Of a stretch of 64,000 nt of DNA, positions 1-13,988 are shown piece by piece. The stretch is from Psilocybe cubensis (Eukaryota). The notes below the pieces were generated by a model. It was given only the letters and a program-made list of their open reading frames with translations. It did not search any database and was not told the DNA's origin. The stretch is taken from positions 3,472,001-3,536,000 of the forward strand of contig CM039002.1 in the NCBI GenBank assembly GCA_017499595.2, written 5' to 3'. Numbering within the stretch: position 1 is the first letter of the stretch; each line of letters opens with the position of its first letter. A program made the position numbers and the translations under genes.

Positions 1-448
1 TAGATAGAATGATCGTCCCATTCCATACATAGTATTGGCACGGTCTCCACACCCCGCACCCTACATCCTGAAGCAACCATAGGAGTTGCACCCCAGTCGC
101 ATAGGTGAATGATAGCAGAAGCAAGAAGCAAGACGCGAAGACGCAAAGATGCGAGTTGCAAAGACGAAGATAGAGAAATTGAATGCACCAACGCCGACTG
201 GATAGGAGTGGATCCATCCAGTGCATCCCGTTCCGTTTCGTACGGGATAATCTACCTTCCTCTGCTCTCCCAAAATCACCCCAAAAAACCAAGGAAAATA
301 ATTAAAACAAAAGACAACAGAAATCCTCCAAAACCAACGAATTGCACTTTTGAAATCACAAAAGAAGATAATAAACAAATAAAATGACAATCACAAATGA
401 ACGAACCAAGAAGAAAAAAATGCACAAAGAAAATTTTTTTAAAAAAAT

Positions 449-2814
449 TCAAAAACAAACACTCACATCAAACAACGCCTGCTGGTGCTGGTGCTGCCTT
501 TGTTGCTGTTGCTGCTGCTGATGTTGCCTTTGCTCGTTCTGGTGCTGGTGCTGGTGATGCCTCTGCTGGTGCTGCTGGTGCTGCTGAATCTGACTCTGCC
601 CAAGTCCATGCTGCTGCTGCTGCTGCTGTTGATGCTGTAACAACCCGCCCATTCCACCCACACCCCCAACACCCACACCCACGCCAACGCCAACGCCAAG
701 CGGCAAATGCACACTCGAACTAGCCGCACTACTCTGCACCGACCTCCTCGCACCCACACTCGCACTTCCGTCCCTCTCTCCATCACCATCACTCACACTC
801 CCACCACTAAACCGCTCATAATCATAATCATACTCATACTCGCCCATCCCACCAGCACCACCACCACCAGCAACAGAAGAAGAAGACTGTGTCCCTCCAA
901 AATCGCTCGTAAAATCAATCGACCGTCTTCTACCCGCATCCGCGTCGCCTCCCACGCCCACACCCACGCTGGCGCCTGCACCACCACTGGTACTAGTACC
1001 ACTAGCAGACGGCCCGACGCCCGAATCAGACCGCGCACCAGGGTACGGAATCGCCATCGGCATGTAATGCGGCGGAGGCGGCTGTTGTTGTTGCTGTTGT
1101 TGGAGTAGATGTTTATCTATACCAAAATAAATCAAGTAAAGTGAAATGAAGTAGACAAAGGAAGTGAGGAATATAAAATGTGAGGCGGGCGGTGATGATG
1201 GTTGAGTTGATGCACAGAGCGAAATGATGATGTCGGATGAAACAGAGCACACATGTAGACCAGAGAGAGAGAGAAACGGAGAAACAGAGTGTCGAGAGCG
1301 ATGAGAGACCAGACGAGTTAAAAATGGGCGAGAACAGGATTCGGTTGATTAATGAAAATCGTGCGTCGCAACATGAAAAAATGGCGAGGAAAAAAAACGA
1401 GACACGAGGATAGCGGAAAGTGAATAGCGAATATTAAAGAGTGCGAGAGCGTACACAGCGTCGTATCATATAAAAACACAACCGCCCGGCGGGAGAGAAC
1501 GAAAAGACGTGATGAGTTGCAACGGACGATATGGGAGGGGTATGTGCATGGACATGTGGCATGGGACATAGCAAATAAAAAAAAAGCAAAAACGAGAACA
1601 TTTAGCGCTACGTATACCTAACACTAGGAAAATAAAAATGATTACCGTGCATCGCAGAGGCGCCAGAGGATGCAGGGATCATATCCGTGTGACGCCCATG
1701 CTCTTGATGGTGCTGCTGCTGATGGTGGCCGTGGTACCCATCGCCCTGCTGCTGCTGGGGCGCGCTGTCCCACCCCAGCCAACCAGCTGCCCCTGTACTC
1801 GCGGACGCCCCGCCTCTAGGGTCATACAGAGGAGTGAGTCCGGTACCGAGCCCCGACCTGCCAGGCCCAAACAACTCCGCCTGCGCCTGCGCACGGTACT
1901 TGGACGCATAGTCCACTGGGTCAGCGCCGCCAAGCGATGGCTGCGGGTCTGTAGGATACAGCGCGGGAAACGCGAACGAGTTTGAGTTGTACAGAGTCTC
2001 GGCCATGGTGTGCACGCCGCCTGCAGAGGCGCCCGTGGGAGGCGGCCCGAGGATGAAGTCGTCCTCGGGCTGGGGTGGGAAGATGGGCAGACGAGATGTC
2101 GATGCGGATGGCATCGACACCAAGCCCGTTGAGCTTACGGAGCCATTAGGGCGCACGGTATTGTGACCTGGCCCTGCAGGCGCCGTCTGGCGATGAAATT
2201 TGACGAATGTACAGCGGCATTTCCGCTGCACACATTTTGCTAGATCGATAACAATTAGAATGAAAGAAAAAAGCTTGGAATCCAGGAAAAAAGGCGCATA
2301 TATGCGTCGGAAGAGCAGAAAACTCACAACATGGATTGCAGCCGTCACACGGAAGACTGGATTGGACACACTGATCACACGCCTGCTTAGATGTGGTTGC
2401 TCGGGATGCGGAGGCAGAACCCTTCCTTCTTGTTCCGCCGCTTAGTGGCAGGGGTTTTTCGTTTGCATGGCACTTGTTAATATGCCTTGAAAGAAGATCA
2501 CTGTGGCAGAGCGATTAAAGACACGTTTTTAGGACTACGGCGGCTCCACTATGGCCCAGAGCAGGGCAGACATACCTCCGGGCGAACTGATCTCCGCAAT
2601 ACTGACATTTATACGGCCTGTCGCCAGTATCTGCAAGGCAAAGTGTGTTAGATTAGGAGCGATGGAGAGGAGCGGATCTGGATGGTGGAGTTGTGGTTTC
2701 TGGTGCTTGTCGGTGCTCCAAAGAGTGGGACTTACGCGATCGCATATGGCGGGCGACATGCTGAGGACGAGTAAAGGTAGCCTGACATACGGGACACTTG
2801 TGGTCACCGCCCAT
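449..2814 (-). CDS. Transcription factor with two N-terminal C2H2 fingers plus a Zn(II)2Cys6 cluster and a Gln/Gly/Ser-rich C-terminal part; 3' end uncertain and may run past the window start
   Basis: Spliced translation from ATG 2814: MGGDHKCPVCQATFTRPQHVARHMRS/HTGDRPYKCQYCGDQFAR/SDLLSRHINKCH...KQACDQCVQSSLPCDGCNPC/AKCVQRKCRCTFVKFHRQTAP. GT..AG introns separate the pieces. Poly-Q ORFs at 449-1100 and 1608-2240 are on the same strand. Confidence 0.88.
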
Positions 2815-5800
2815 GGTGGCGAAGGGGATATGTGGCAGATGGATGGTGGAGAGCAGAAAGAGACAGAGACTAGTTCTTTGTAGTTATTTAATCCAAACCA
2901 CCCTCCCAATGCCATTTCCCAAAAATGCCCCCAAAACAGCAACGACGTCACTTTCTCACGCCCCCTTGACGACAGCCCGGCCTGCCATTTGCTTTGCAAT
3001 TCCAAATCCCGCCGGATCCCCTTGCATGGAATGATATTTCTTTTAGACGCCGCCTTTGTCTGCGCCCCAGCTCGCCTCCAGCAGCAGCAGACATCCCGCC
3101 AGACATTCATCCAGACTCCTCCCACAACAATCATGACGCACTCTGTTTGTCCCCGCGTCTCGCAGATCGGGTGCGGAGATCAAATCCAAAAATCTCCCGA
3201 ATAAGATCGGATCGTGACGTCACCCACATGGGCGCTCGCCCTCGCAATTAAAAACGGGGTGCCCCTCCCCCTCTCCTCCCCCGGGCTCCGGAGCGGCTCG
3301 TCTGCCACCACGCCTCCGGACGCGCTCGCGTCGCGCGCCTCCTCCCATCTCCTGCCGCACAACGCGCCGAACTCACTAGAATCCGCAGCACCGGCCTAAA
3401 CCTGTGCTGCATCCTCCAGAGGGGCCCAAGCCCGCGTTCTAATTCGGTTTTATGCTCCCCTTTCATGTTTGTCTTCTTTACTAATCCACTTGTCCTATAA
3501 AAGGCAGAGACTACACAATAGACCAGTTGAATGTCGTCTTGTCAAGAATTCAACCGCGTTTTTTTTCACAGCCGCCCCTGCGTGAATCATTGAATCTTGG
3601 CCCACCCTTGTTTGGACGCCGTTTTCCACGCTGGGTGTGGTCAATGTCGACTCGGCACTGCGCCGTAAATTCGTATTCTCTCTCCCCGCATTCCCACCAA
3701 CAGCTGAGATCTGCCCGTCAATTTATAGTATACACATATATGTGACATTTTACAGGACAGCGCACGGCGATAAGCCATATCATCATTTCCACCATCACAA
3801 TTATCAGCCAATACCGTATAATTATATTAAGCTGCATTACCACAGGCCAAACACCGAAAGTCTAAAAAGCGTTAGTCTCGGACGCACTTACCCAACTGAT
3901 TCGTCTCTGATGATACTTGTCATTGACACAATTAGAAAAAGAAACGAGTTCGCAACGCTAGCGTGTTGATATGTGATATGTGATATATCAGAGGCGAGGC
4001 ATATCTCTTCTTTCAATTCCCTTGCCATGGCTGTGACCCTCATCCTGGCATCGGTAGCTTGTTTTTCCACTCGTCGAATTGGAATTTGGAATAAGGCAAA
4101 CCCTTCACTCACAAGTTGCATTCACAACCCCTACCCCTGTCCCTGTCCCTGCCCGTTCCCGTTCCCGAACGCTTCTTTCACTCTCACTTTCCCTTTCTCA
4201 CCGTATCTCTAACCATCGGACCCGCTAACCGTTGACTCAATTTCAAATTCAAACCTATACTCTGCGAGCACGAGCAAAAACATTTTCGATTCTGCGTACC
4301 CATTAATCCCATATATCCCACACCTTAACCTCCTCCTCGACGAGTCTCGTAGCCAAGAATCAACCTGAACGATTACACATACACAATAAAACCGTAATCT
4401 AATCTGAACAGAACATATAATCACACATCCCATTTTCAACCTTCTAAAGTCCCACCTTGGCAAAAGAAGTTGAACCCAGTGCCAGATACCAAATCCCCGA
4501 TACCAGATACCAGATACAAGAACTAGATGCCGAATACAGGATACAAGTCACCAGATGCCACTGGACGCCAGACGCTAGGAATAATCACAACGAAGTCCAG
4601 ACCCAGACCGCTCTACATCTGTATTTCCACATCCAAACTCCCCACTGTAGGACTCGTAGTCCACCACTCCACTCGCACAATTTAAAATACCCCGCAGCGC
4701 GACACGCGACACGCGACTCGCACCTGACTTTCGTCCTCGAAGTTCAGAGTAAACATATATCTTGCCTGATAAAGCATCCGAAAAAAGGCCCCACCGAGTT
4801 CGATGGAGTCCAGTGGCTCATCGTCATTGGTTGTTTATTCTAATAATGTTATTCATTTTCCGTGTAATATAATGTAATATAAAATAATATCATACGGCAA
4901 AAGGAAGATGGAACCACCGAGAGTTGGGAGAACCTATCAATTACCACCAAATTACATCACACTAAATAATATACTCTGTTCATTAAATTTCCTACTTACT
5001 TCCAACAAGCCGTGCCCGTAACGCGTAAACGCGTGAACAAATGAATAATCTCCGGTAAATAAACGGGTAAATAAGTGAAAGTAACAGCACTCACTTTCAC
5101 TTTCACTTTCACTATCATCAGTCTATCACAATGAGACTTCCAAGTAGAACGAAGCTCAGCAAAATCGACCTCCTGCAAATCACACTAAAAAAGGGAACCA
5201 GGAACGAATCTAACCATCCTATCCAATCCACTTATTTCGCCCATCTTTTCAACTTCGACTTCCTTCCTTCCCTCGGCATCCTACCATCTTCCTACCATCT
5301 TCCCTATTTAAGTAGCCTAATCACCACAAAAAAGGCCAAGTACATCCACATCCACATCCACATCCACATCCACTAACCCAACCCAAGCCCAGTGCCAGTG
5401 CCAGTGCCAGGCGTTGAAGTATTAGACTAAACCAAACTCGAGTATGAAATCACCACGCGATGTCCACTTACATTGACAATCGGGTCCCCTCTAAAATCAC
5501 GTTTTATCCTCGGATGTCCTAATACCAATACAATCTCCACGTCTTTCGTCCTGCGCGACCACGTTGACGGTGAAAGGTACTCAAGACTCAACCCTGACTA
5601 GTACTAGAAGTAGTAATTAGTGATATTCATTGCCAACATAAACATCCCTGAGTATTACCGTACGTACGTACGTACAAAATCCAAACTTGAACATCTGTAT
5701 CACTATCAGTGTATCGAATGGTTATGTACGATTTCGAAACTCGAAATTCGAGCCTCGAGCCTCGAACAGGAACCTCGAACCTGCCACGGAAATCCGGACA

Positions 5801-8800
5801 TTTCGCTTGTCAAATAAACAAAGGCATCATATCTGCGTAGTCAGCACTCGTCCTCGGGCCTCAACACTCGTACTCGTACTTGGACTCAGCAAACATCAAC
5901 GCATTTAACTGTTCGATATCTTCCAAATCTCTTAGAAGTCATAACAACGACAGCCAAAGTAATAAAAAAAATATCACCACACCTCCAAAAGGCGATGCGG
6001 GCCATCTGGACTCTCGAGATCTCCTGCTTCAGGTTAACCCGCCCAGTCTCTGAATCAGGATATTACTCTTTCAAGTTACACCACTGTCAATGGCCAGCAC
6101 AGCAAACCCAACGAACCCGAAACACGATCGTCTTCGTCCCGAAATTCCACATATTCTACTTAAGTACCAGACGTTCTTTAAAATAGATCCTCGATAACGA
6201 TTACCTTAAAAATATTCATAGCCGTGTGTCACCGTTAAAAAATCGAAGGAAGAGGGTTTATTTCTGGACTTGAAGCTTGAATCTTCAGCAAGTTTAAGTG
6301 CCGTGCGTAGTGTAGTTGACACCATCACCACTTCTAGGATGACTGGTCAAGATAAGATAGTACCAGAACTCATCTCAGAATCAAGAATCATACTTTATCT
6401 CACTGGAAACAGAAAGCCGTAAGCTAAGAGCCGCGAACCCAGAAGAAAATGCCTGAGACCCGTAGAGCCGTAGACAGAGAGTGTGGTCAAAGATGAACCG
6501 GACGTCCACGTCTTTTCTTATTCTTAGGGTCTGACTGACGTTGAGGGTAGTCTAAAGGTCTAGACCGACCGGCAGACCTGACCTACAGTCCTGGCGAATG
6601 GACCCAGGTTAATGGGAATTCTTGGATGTTTTGTTCATTTGTTTTTCTGTCCAGAGGCTGAGCGCTCAGACTATGTCTTCGAACTTCTTCGAAAGCCCAG
6701 GCCCTGTCACTTGTACCCATCAATAGCATATTTCAATGCTATTCATATCAGATACGAGAAGAAAGCATACCGTTCAAAAAAGATTCTCAGCCTTATACGA
6801 GGACATGACAATTCCAGACAACCAAAGCGCTTATTGGCACCAATCTTCATCTAGTAGTCTACAGGCACTTTTCAGCGTTTTTTAATCACTTCATAATCTC
6901 TAAATCAATCGACGTCTAAAACCCGTGTAGTCCCACCAAACCACACACGAATTTGGACTTACATACTCCTTACCCCGAGAGGAAAGCTCAAAGGCACAGG
7001 AGCGGTCTTCTAGCTAGTCTATCTTAGAGTGTTGCCCTGTAAATGCCTATCTCCGACCCACACCTCCATTAACTGAAGTCACGCAACACTCTTCGATGTT
7101 TCGCGGGTTGAGAGAGGTTCTTATCGCCTATAAATGGGAGGCTGCAAATTTAACATGGGGTTGGACACATAGAATAGCGCTAGAGACAATCAATCACCCT
7201 TCATGATCAATGTCAGACACAAGTTGCTATCAGAAAGCGCGACACCTGCCGAAGCGTAGACTAAATTCCTCAACAGAATGCATTGGATCTCGCAATAAGC
7301 CGCATACTGTATACATATACCCGCCTCTCAAGCCTTTAAATTAGTTAGCCGTACTACCGTCAGCGGCAATCTATTTAATTCCAGTCACTCGTCGAAAAAA
7401 TCACAAGGGCATGTAACATACCTAATGCAGAGCATCCCAGGGGACGACTAAAGTCTCCACGACAGACGCATTAAGCTCATACAGAAATTCTCCAAACGGG
7501 GAGAGAAGCCTCCTTTCACCGAATTACATAGAACTCACAGATCCTCAACACCGAATACACCAAACTAGACGCGAAACGCCATCGACTGCGGGGATGTATA
7601 ATTAGCCATCCGAGTTATGTATACCCACAAAAATTATCCACGCCCGCTGCGACTTGGATGAGCGAAGCAAGGCGGGAGAGACTCAGAGAGGAGCTGAGCA
7701 GCGATAGGGGCTTCAGTGTGCACGAGTACAGGACACACAGTCCTCATCGGGACTCGGCTCCCGGGAGCGACCCCGGTTAATGGCTGCGGACTCCCACTCG
7801 AATCCTTATCCCAAGAAGTCTATCCAAGAGCTGTGAGCCCACCCGTCCAACGTTCCATCAATCCCTGCACGTACGTACTACGCATGCATGTACGTACATA
7901 CGCACGTCTTGACGTCCAACGTCCACATCACGGAGACAGTTCCATTAAGGGAATAACTCTTCCCTTGCATCGCCCAATCGCAGGGCAGAGAAGGATCAAA
8001 AATAACATATCAATCGCGACATAGCAGCACATGTCAAATTGAAAGAGTCCGTGTGCCAGTCCTCAACCAAAATCAAATCAAGCCAATGGGAAGCGTTCGG
8101 GGAGCCCGAGGACCAATGGCGGGGGGCAGGCGCGCCGATTGGTTGGAATGGAACTCGCAGAGTGTGCGCCAGTTGTCCGAGAGCACGAGACCCACTCGAC
8201 ACGGAAGGGCCAGAAAAAGATCATGTTTCTTAAAAAATGGAATGTTTTTGTGACAGAACCTGCACAGCCATAGGGAAACCTTACTTATGCGATGTCGTAG
8301 GCTCGGCGAGGGTGGTAAACGATGAGGAGGTAAACGATACAAATATCACTGCAACGAATCTTCCGCAGTAAGAGGCCGGATGAGTTCCAGAAAATTTTAT
8401 ATCGCTAAGATTCGTAGCTTCGTGAAACATTCTTCTGATATCGCGGTAAAAAGATGATCTGCGAATTTTGCCAATAGATATACCATCATCCCCCTGGGTT
8501 TGATTATTTCGGCTGTGACAGTTGCCGAACGCACTTGCCTTCGTATATGTCAATGCAAGTTGATGATTTGGTGCTCCGAGGAAATGAAAACTTTTCAAGT
8601 TAGAGTTTTGCGACAATGAAGCAATTTAGCTGTGAGAAAGGCAAAAAAGTCCGACGAAGTCACAGTCTGCCATTCTGCCTTTCGTACATCGCGCGTTCTC
8701 TGAGTGTGAGATGTCGAAGCGTGTATCGCTACTCAGCCGTCGTTAGGATACCAAGATCGACGTGAGTAATCTAGAGGTAGGATGGTGTCCATTGGCCGAT

Positions 8801-11102
8801 TGAATGGGAAATACATGTCCAGTCTGACGAGACACCGGCCAAAGAAGCAAGCAGAAATGTATAGTCGGCGGTGGTAAGTAGATCAAAGTACAGCAGCAGC
8901 CCAGCCAAAAGAATGGGTACCAGATAGGATGTTTGCCTGAGCGGCGGAGTATTTTGAATTGAAGATAAGTGCATGGGATCCAGACATTCGCAAGGGAATA
9001 ACAACGGAGAAATGGTGCAGCATCGAAGTTGGGCAGAAAGGAATGAATACAAGTGAGGCAAATCATTTTATAGATGCGATAAGTGGAGCAGAAACCCACT
9101 AAGCCAGCGTTAGGAAGGACGTAGAGCATCTGTTGGAGCGTTGTATCTGCCTTTCGGAACACGGAATCATCGCAAGTAATGCACGAACGCAAATCAAAGG
9201 GGCATCACTGAGAATTAGAGGAAGAGAGTTTCTGCCTTGCAATCCATAACGTTGGGTTCAGGGGAAAACACTCACCTTCTTTTACTATTTAGTCACTAAA
9301 GTTGCTGATGAATCGATTTTTGCTCGGTTGGACCCAGCGAATGATTTGTAAAGAATCTCCAAACATATAGATTCCAGACCATGGGCATTGAATACTCTCC
9401 ATGGGCATAAATTGGCTAAATAGATATGGGAGATTGATATCCCAACCGTGTCAGTTTGAAGTTGACATTACGCTAGAAGCACTGGAGGACGTAACGCTTG
9501 CCGCCAGTTGGTCACCGGGTGATTTAAATTGGGCCGTTGCACAGGGAGGAGTTCGGCGGTTATGTGAGAGTATATTATATCTTAACCGCATCTCAACGCT
9601 AAATATTCCAGTAATTCATCTTCGTGGGGTGGGCAAATAGGTTACTCACCGTAGATGTTTCTTTTAGAGTCAGTTCGAGCAACATGTTCAGTTACAGCGA
9701 CGATTATAACACTATTCTTTCTTTACGATAGGAAGCGTGAATATCTGATGGAAGGGAATTTGAGGGTACAAACTTTACCTCGCATGAGGGCTTGTCGTGA
9801 ACCGACATCTTGGTGCTGTGTAGACAGGAATATCACTTGAGAAAGCGGCACCATTAGAATGATTGGAGTGACCATTGGACCCATTACGGTTTCGTAGACC
9901 GTTCCGGTCTGACCACTCGGCAGGTAACTGGTTCTTGAATCAAATAAATGACGCATGCTAGGTGGTCATAAACGGATAATTTTTTGTTATTCATCTACAG
10001 CAGGAAAAACGAAAGAACAACAGCTGTTATTGGACTAACCATATCAAGTGTTCGCAACCAGCATTCTTGAAGATACACGGAGCAGGGTGTCGTTGCAGTG
10101 AGATAATGTCGCCGCATTGTTTGTCTGAATGATGGTAAGTGATTATGACGCGTGGGTCGGTCTATACAATGATAACCTGGGACCTACATAATTAACACAT
10201 CATTCATATACGATCATCGTAGCGTGTATACAGTTGGTCAGTTAAAATTTACAATGACGACAGAAATGACGCATTTGCACACCGTCAAGCCAATGAAAAC
10301 CGCCTGCAGGGTGTCTGCCTTGACACATTGCACGATTTTAAACTTCGGGATTTCTAGGGTTCGGATCTGTATTGATTTTATATGATTCAATGGAAGCGCC
10401 GCCTGATAAACACTTGAGCTCAAAAATTCCAAGTTTAGAATAGTTCGTCCTATCCATGCATTTAGACAGTTGCATTGATGTATAAGCCTATGAAAAGATG
10501 GATTTCGTCGACCAGGATGAAAATATATTCTAGATCAATGCAACTTACCTTGATCTTAGCTTTCGCCAGGGCCCTCGGCCGAGCGAGTGTTGCTGTGTGC
10601 ATAACAAACGATCATAACTTCAAAGGCGTTACGTTGCGCTCAGATTCACTGCCTTTCATGATGGAAATTGATCAGAGTTTCGATGCTTGATATTGTGAAG
10701 AATTTCAGAATAGGCAGGTGGCATCTTTTGTTTTTCGATTTAGGGAAACGCAAAAAGGAGGAGAAACGCCTCATGTTTCACGAGAGTGGCTTTGTTGATT
10801 GTCGATACCCTGGGAATATTGAACTCCGAATTCCCACAGTACGGTCACATGCTCTATGAGCCAATAACGGACCGGACCAGAGGAGCGGCAAGGATCGGCA
10901 CGGCAAATCGCATAGGCACTTGTGATTTGGTTGAAGCCTGAGTTTGAGTGTTCAAAGTCTGATATCTAGTATCTACTGCTTAGCGGCTGGAGTTGCACTA
11001 GATACCAAGAGCAGGTCTTTAATTAAATTGGCGTATCTAAAAAAGTCGATATGAAGTGAACCTTTTCTGTCCGATTCTTGTCCGAGTCCCAGACAAAATT
11101 CA

Positions 11103-11801
11103 ACTCGAGAGAGGACCCGGGAAGCTCCCCTATAAGCATGTCCGCCTGGGATCCCAATTTTTGCCCTCAAATCCGCGAGATTTTGGGGCTCAAATCCGCG
11201 AAACCGGACAATGCCCGATAGGGGTTTTCCCGATTAGGAATTTTTTTTCAGCCCTGCGGGGCGAGCTTGCAAAACCACTCGACGGCTCGACAACTCATCA
11301 ATTGATTGCAAAAGAAACATATGGAGTAGATATTTAGGTGTTACAGGCCTCCATTACTAGTTATCAGGATAGTGAAGAAATATGTCAGGGTAGCAGAGAA
11401 AAGACATCTTCAAGTTTCACCAATATGCTGTATATAGAAAATGTAACCTTGCTTCGATTTACTACTGTGCGTTTCCGTTGATTTCCATCGTCTACCGCTC
11501 TTAGATAATAGACGCTGGCCAATCATTGCAATCTAAGAGGGATCCCGGCCCCAAATTTGGCCAACAATTAGCTGCATCTGGGAAAAAATGGTTGCGGCAT
11601 GCCGCCTTTGAACAATTACTACAGAAGTTTTTTAAAAATATGGGCCTCAAATCTGCCAAACCGGACTTTGTTTGGCCAAAATTTTGCGTGCGGCGCCCTC
11701 AAATCCGCGAGAACTGGACAAAGAAATTGCCATTTTTTGGCCTCAAATCCGCGAAAATCCGGACATGCCTGCACGGGAGCTTCCCGGGTCCTCTCGAGAG
11801 T
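11103..11801. mobile_element. Non-autonomous TIR element (MITE-like), ~700 bp
   Basis: Left end ACTCGAGAGAGGACCCGGGAAGCTCCCCTATAAGCATGTCC matches the reverse complement of 11761-11801 (ACTCTCGAGAGGACCCGGGAAGCTCCCGTGCAGGCATGTCC). CTCAAATC(C/T)GC sub-terminal repeats occur near both ends. No coding capacity and no clear TSD. Confidence 0.8.
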
Positions 11802-12222
11802 ATTTGATTGTCATTTTAAAGATCCTAGAGTATAACTAATGAAAGACTGGTCAATTGTGGCATTTGGGACTCACATCACGGCCTCTTCGAAACTTGAGAG
11901 TTGTTTCGTCAGTGAGTTACAGAACCACTCGCCACCTCCTTGAACATTAAGGAATACTTAGACTCGATCATACTCTAATTTTACACCATTTTTTTATCAC
12001 CAGTGTTTATGTTATTGACCGGAAAGTAGAATGTATTTGAGTATTGTTCCTTAGCAGCGAAGCTAGAATCACAACACGCTATATCGTTGCCGTTAGTCAC
12101 TGAAAATTTTTGAGCTATTTTCAAAATTTCAGTGCATACATAAGTAACGACATTGACTATGAAAAAAAAATTGTTCGTCTTCCCCCCACACACCTTGAAC
12201 GTATTCGTAACGACTAGAGGTC

Positions 12223-13408
12223 ATGATAAAGGCAACAATTTCTGTCATCCTCTCTTCGGCGCTTGTTTGCTATGTCAGCGCCCACGGATACGTCCAAGAA
12301 GTTGTCTCTGGGTCAACTCAATACACCGGCTATCTTCCTTTATCAGACCCTTACTACAAGCCTCCTCCAAACAGAATTATTCGCAAGATCCCTGGAAATG
12401 GTGAGTTGGGCTCTTCCTGTATACATCTCGCTGTTGACTTAAGATACTCCCTTCTAGGGCCTGTCACGAATTTATCTCTCATCGAGTAAGTGTTGTCAAA
12501 TTCACTGTGGAATATTTGAGATGACTTTCAAATTATAACTTCAGCGTCCAATGTAATGGATATACCGACGGAGGCTCCCCCGGTTCAGCACCTGCCCCAA
12601 TCTATGCCGCCTCTGTTCCCGCTGGTTCTCAACTGTCGCTCAACTGGACTACATGGCCGAGCAGCCACATAGGACCCATGATAACGTACATGGCTCGTGC
12701 ACCAAGCGACATCACGAACTGGAGTCCCGGAGATGCCGCAGTTTGGTTCAAAGTCGCGGAGTCCGGCAGGACGGTGGATGGGAAATGGGCGTCTACTGAC
12801 CTTCTTACTGCGACGAACAGTATATACACGTTCACGATCCCACCTAGGCTCAAAGCAGGTCAATATATTGTTAGACATGAAATGTGAGTCGATCGTCTGT
12901 CTTCTTTCAGTTTTGATATTCACCTCGGCTGGGTATACAGTATCGCTATATACGCCGGTGAGCTTGATTCAATAAGCCTCGTTTTTAAACAACCTTCTCA
13001 TTTGTTACCTTCTTAGCCTATACATACCCCGGTGTCCAAATATACCCCTCATGCATTCAAATAGAAGTGACAGGCCCCGGTGACGCTTTCCCCACGTCCT
13101 TCGTCTCTTTCCCGGGGGCATACACGCCGACTACACCAGGAATTGTATTCGACGCTTATCATAGTAAGTCTCTTCCGGTGGATATTTCCGACCACAATAT
13201 CTCAAGTTGACGTTTTGCCCTTTTAGACACGAGTGTAAGCACATATGATCTAGGAATTTTACCTCTTTGTTGACCACCTTCTGTTTTAATTTAATGCAGT
13301 CACCTTACCCCATCCCAGGACCCCCAGTGTAAGCGCTTTACTCTCCAGATTAGGTGGGGGAAACTAGTTTCTGATTAACATTTTAATAGCTGGACAGGAG
13401 GAAATTAA
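12223..13408 (+). CDS. AA9 (GH61) lytic polysaccharide monooxygenase, no CBM
   Basis: Signal peptide then N-terminal His (VSA|HGYVQ); WPSSHIGPMITYMA, VWFKV, GQYIVRHE, GVQIYPSCIQIEVTG, VSFPGAY, YPIPGPPVW. Includes 17-nt (12941-12957) and 8-nt (13227-13234) micro-exons. Confidence 0.95.
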
Positions 13409-13988
13409 CTGAACACTAGAGAGAGACTACGCGCACCTTCACGTTGACTCAACGACACACGTCTTCTGCATACATTTATTATACTTATATTATTTTAATT
13501 TATGAAAATGGGGATCTAATGAAGCTTATATGTTTAGAATCTTTAGATAGCCTGCAGAATTCCCGCCTACAAATCTAATCACAATAGAAAACTTTTCTCA
13601 GACTTAATAAACATTATATTCCAAAGCAACCCTCTTTGTTTCTCTGCTGGTTTCATGATATAGATCCGATGAGCGATAAAAGACAGCGAAAGTGATGTGG
13701 TGATATTATTATATGTATGATGAAGAATAAGTGTATACAGTTTCCGAATTCCCAGTGAAGTTTTATCATCAGTGTCGTCAGTTCAGTGATTTTTTGTGGG
13801 TCGAAAGTGGAAGTGTACGTAGGTGTCTCCGCTGCTCCCCAGTGATCTAGAAATCTCCATCTATCTGCCATACATTTCCGGGACCAGTTCGGTGCAGTGA
13901 GTATATCGACGTGCGTACGTCATGCATTACCACCATCACTGGCCCCTCCCATCCTACCAACCTGAAACCAAACCCACTATAGTGTGCA

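Noticed and set aside
397-1108. Plus-strand Ala-, His- and Thr-rich ORFs
   Set aside because: Antisense shadows of the CAG-rich poly-Q exon of the minus-strand transcription factor.
4480-4580. Short periodic repeats (CCAGATA units) suggestive of an array
   Set aside because: Degenerate heptamer microsatellite with no spacer structure; the eukaryotic context also excludes CRISPR.
9580-10300. Minus-strand intron-like signals suggesting a small gene
   Set aside because: Trial splicing gave only short products with early stops and no recognisable motif.
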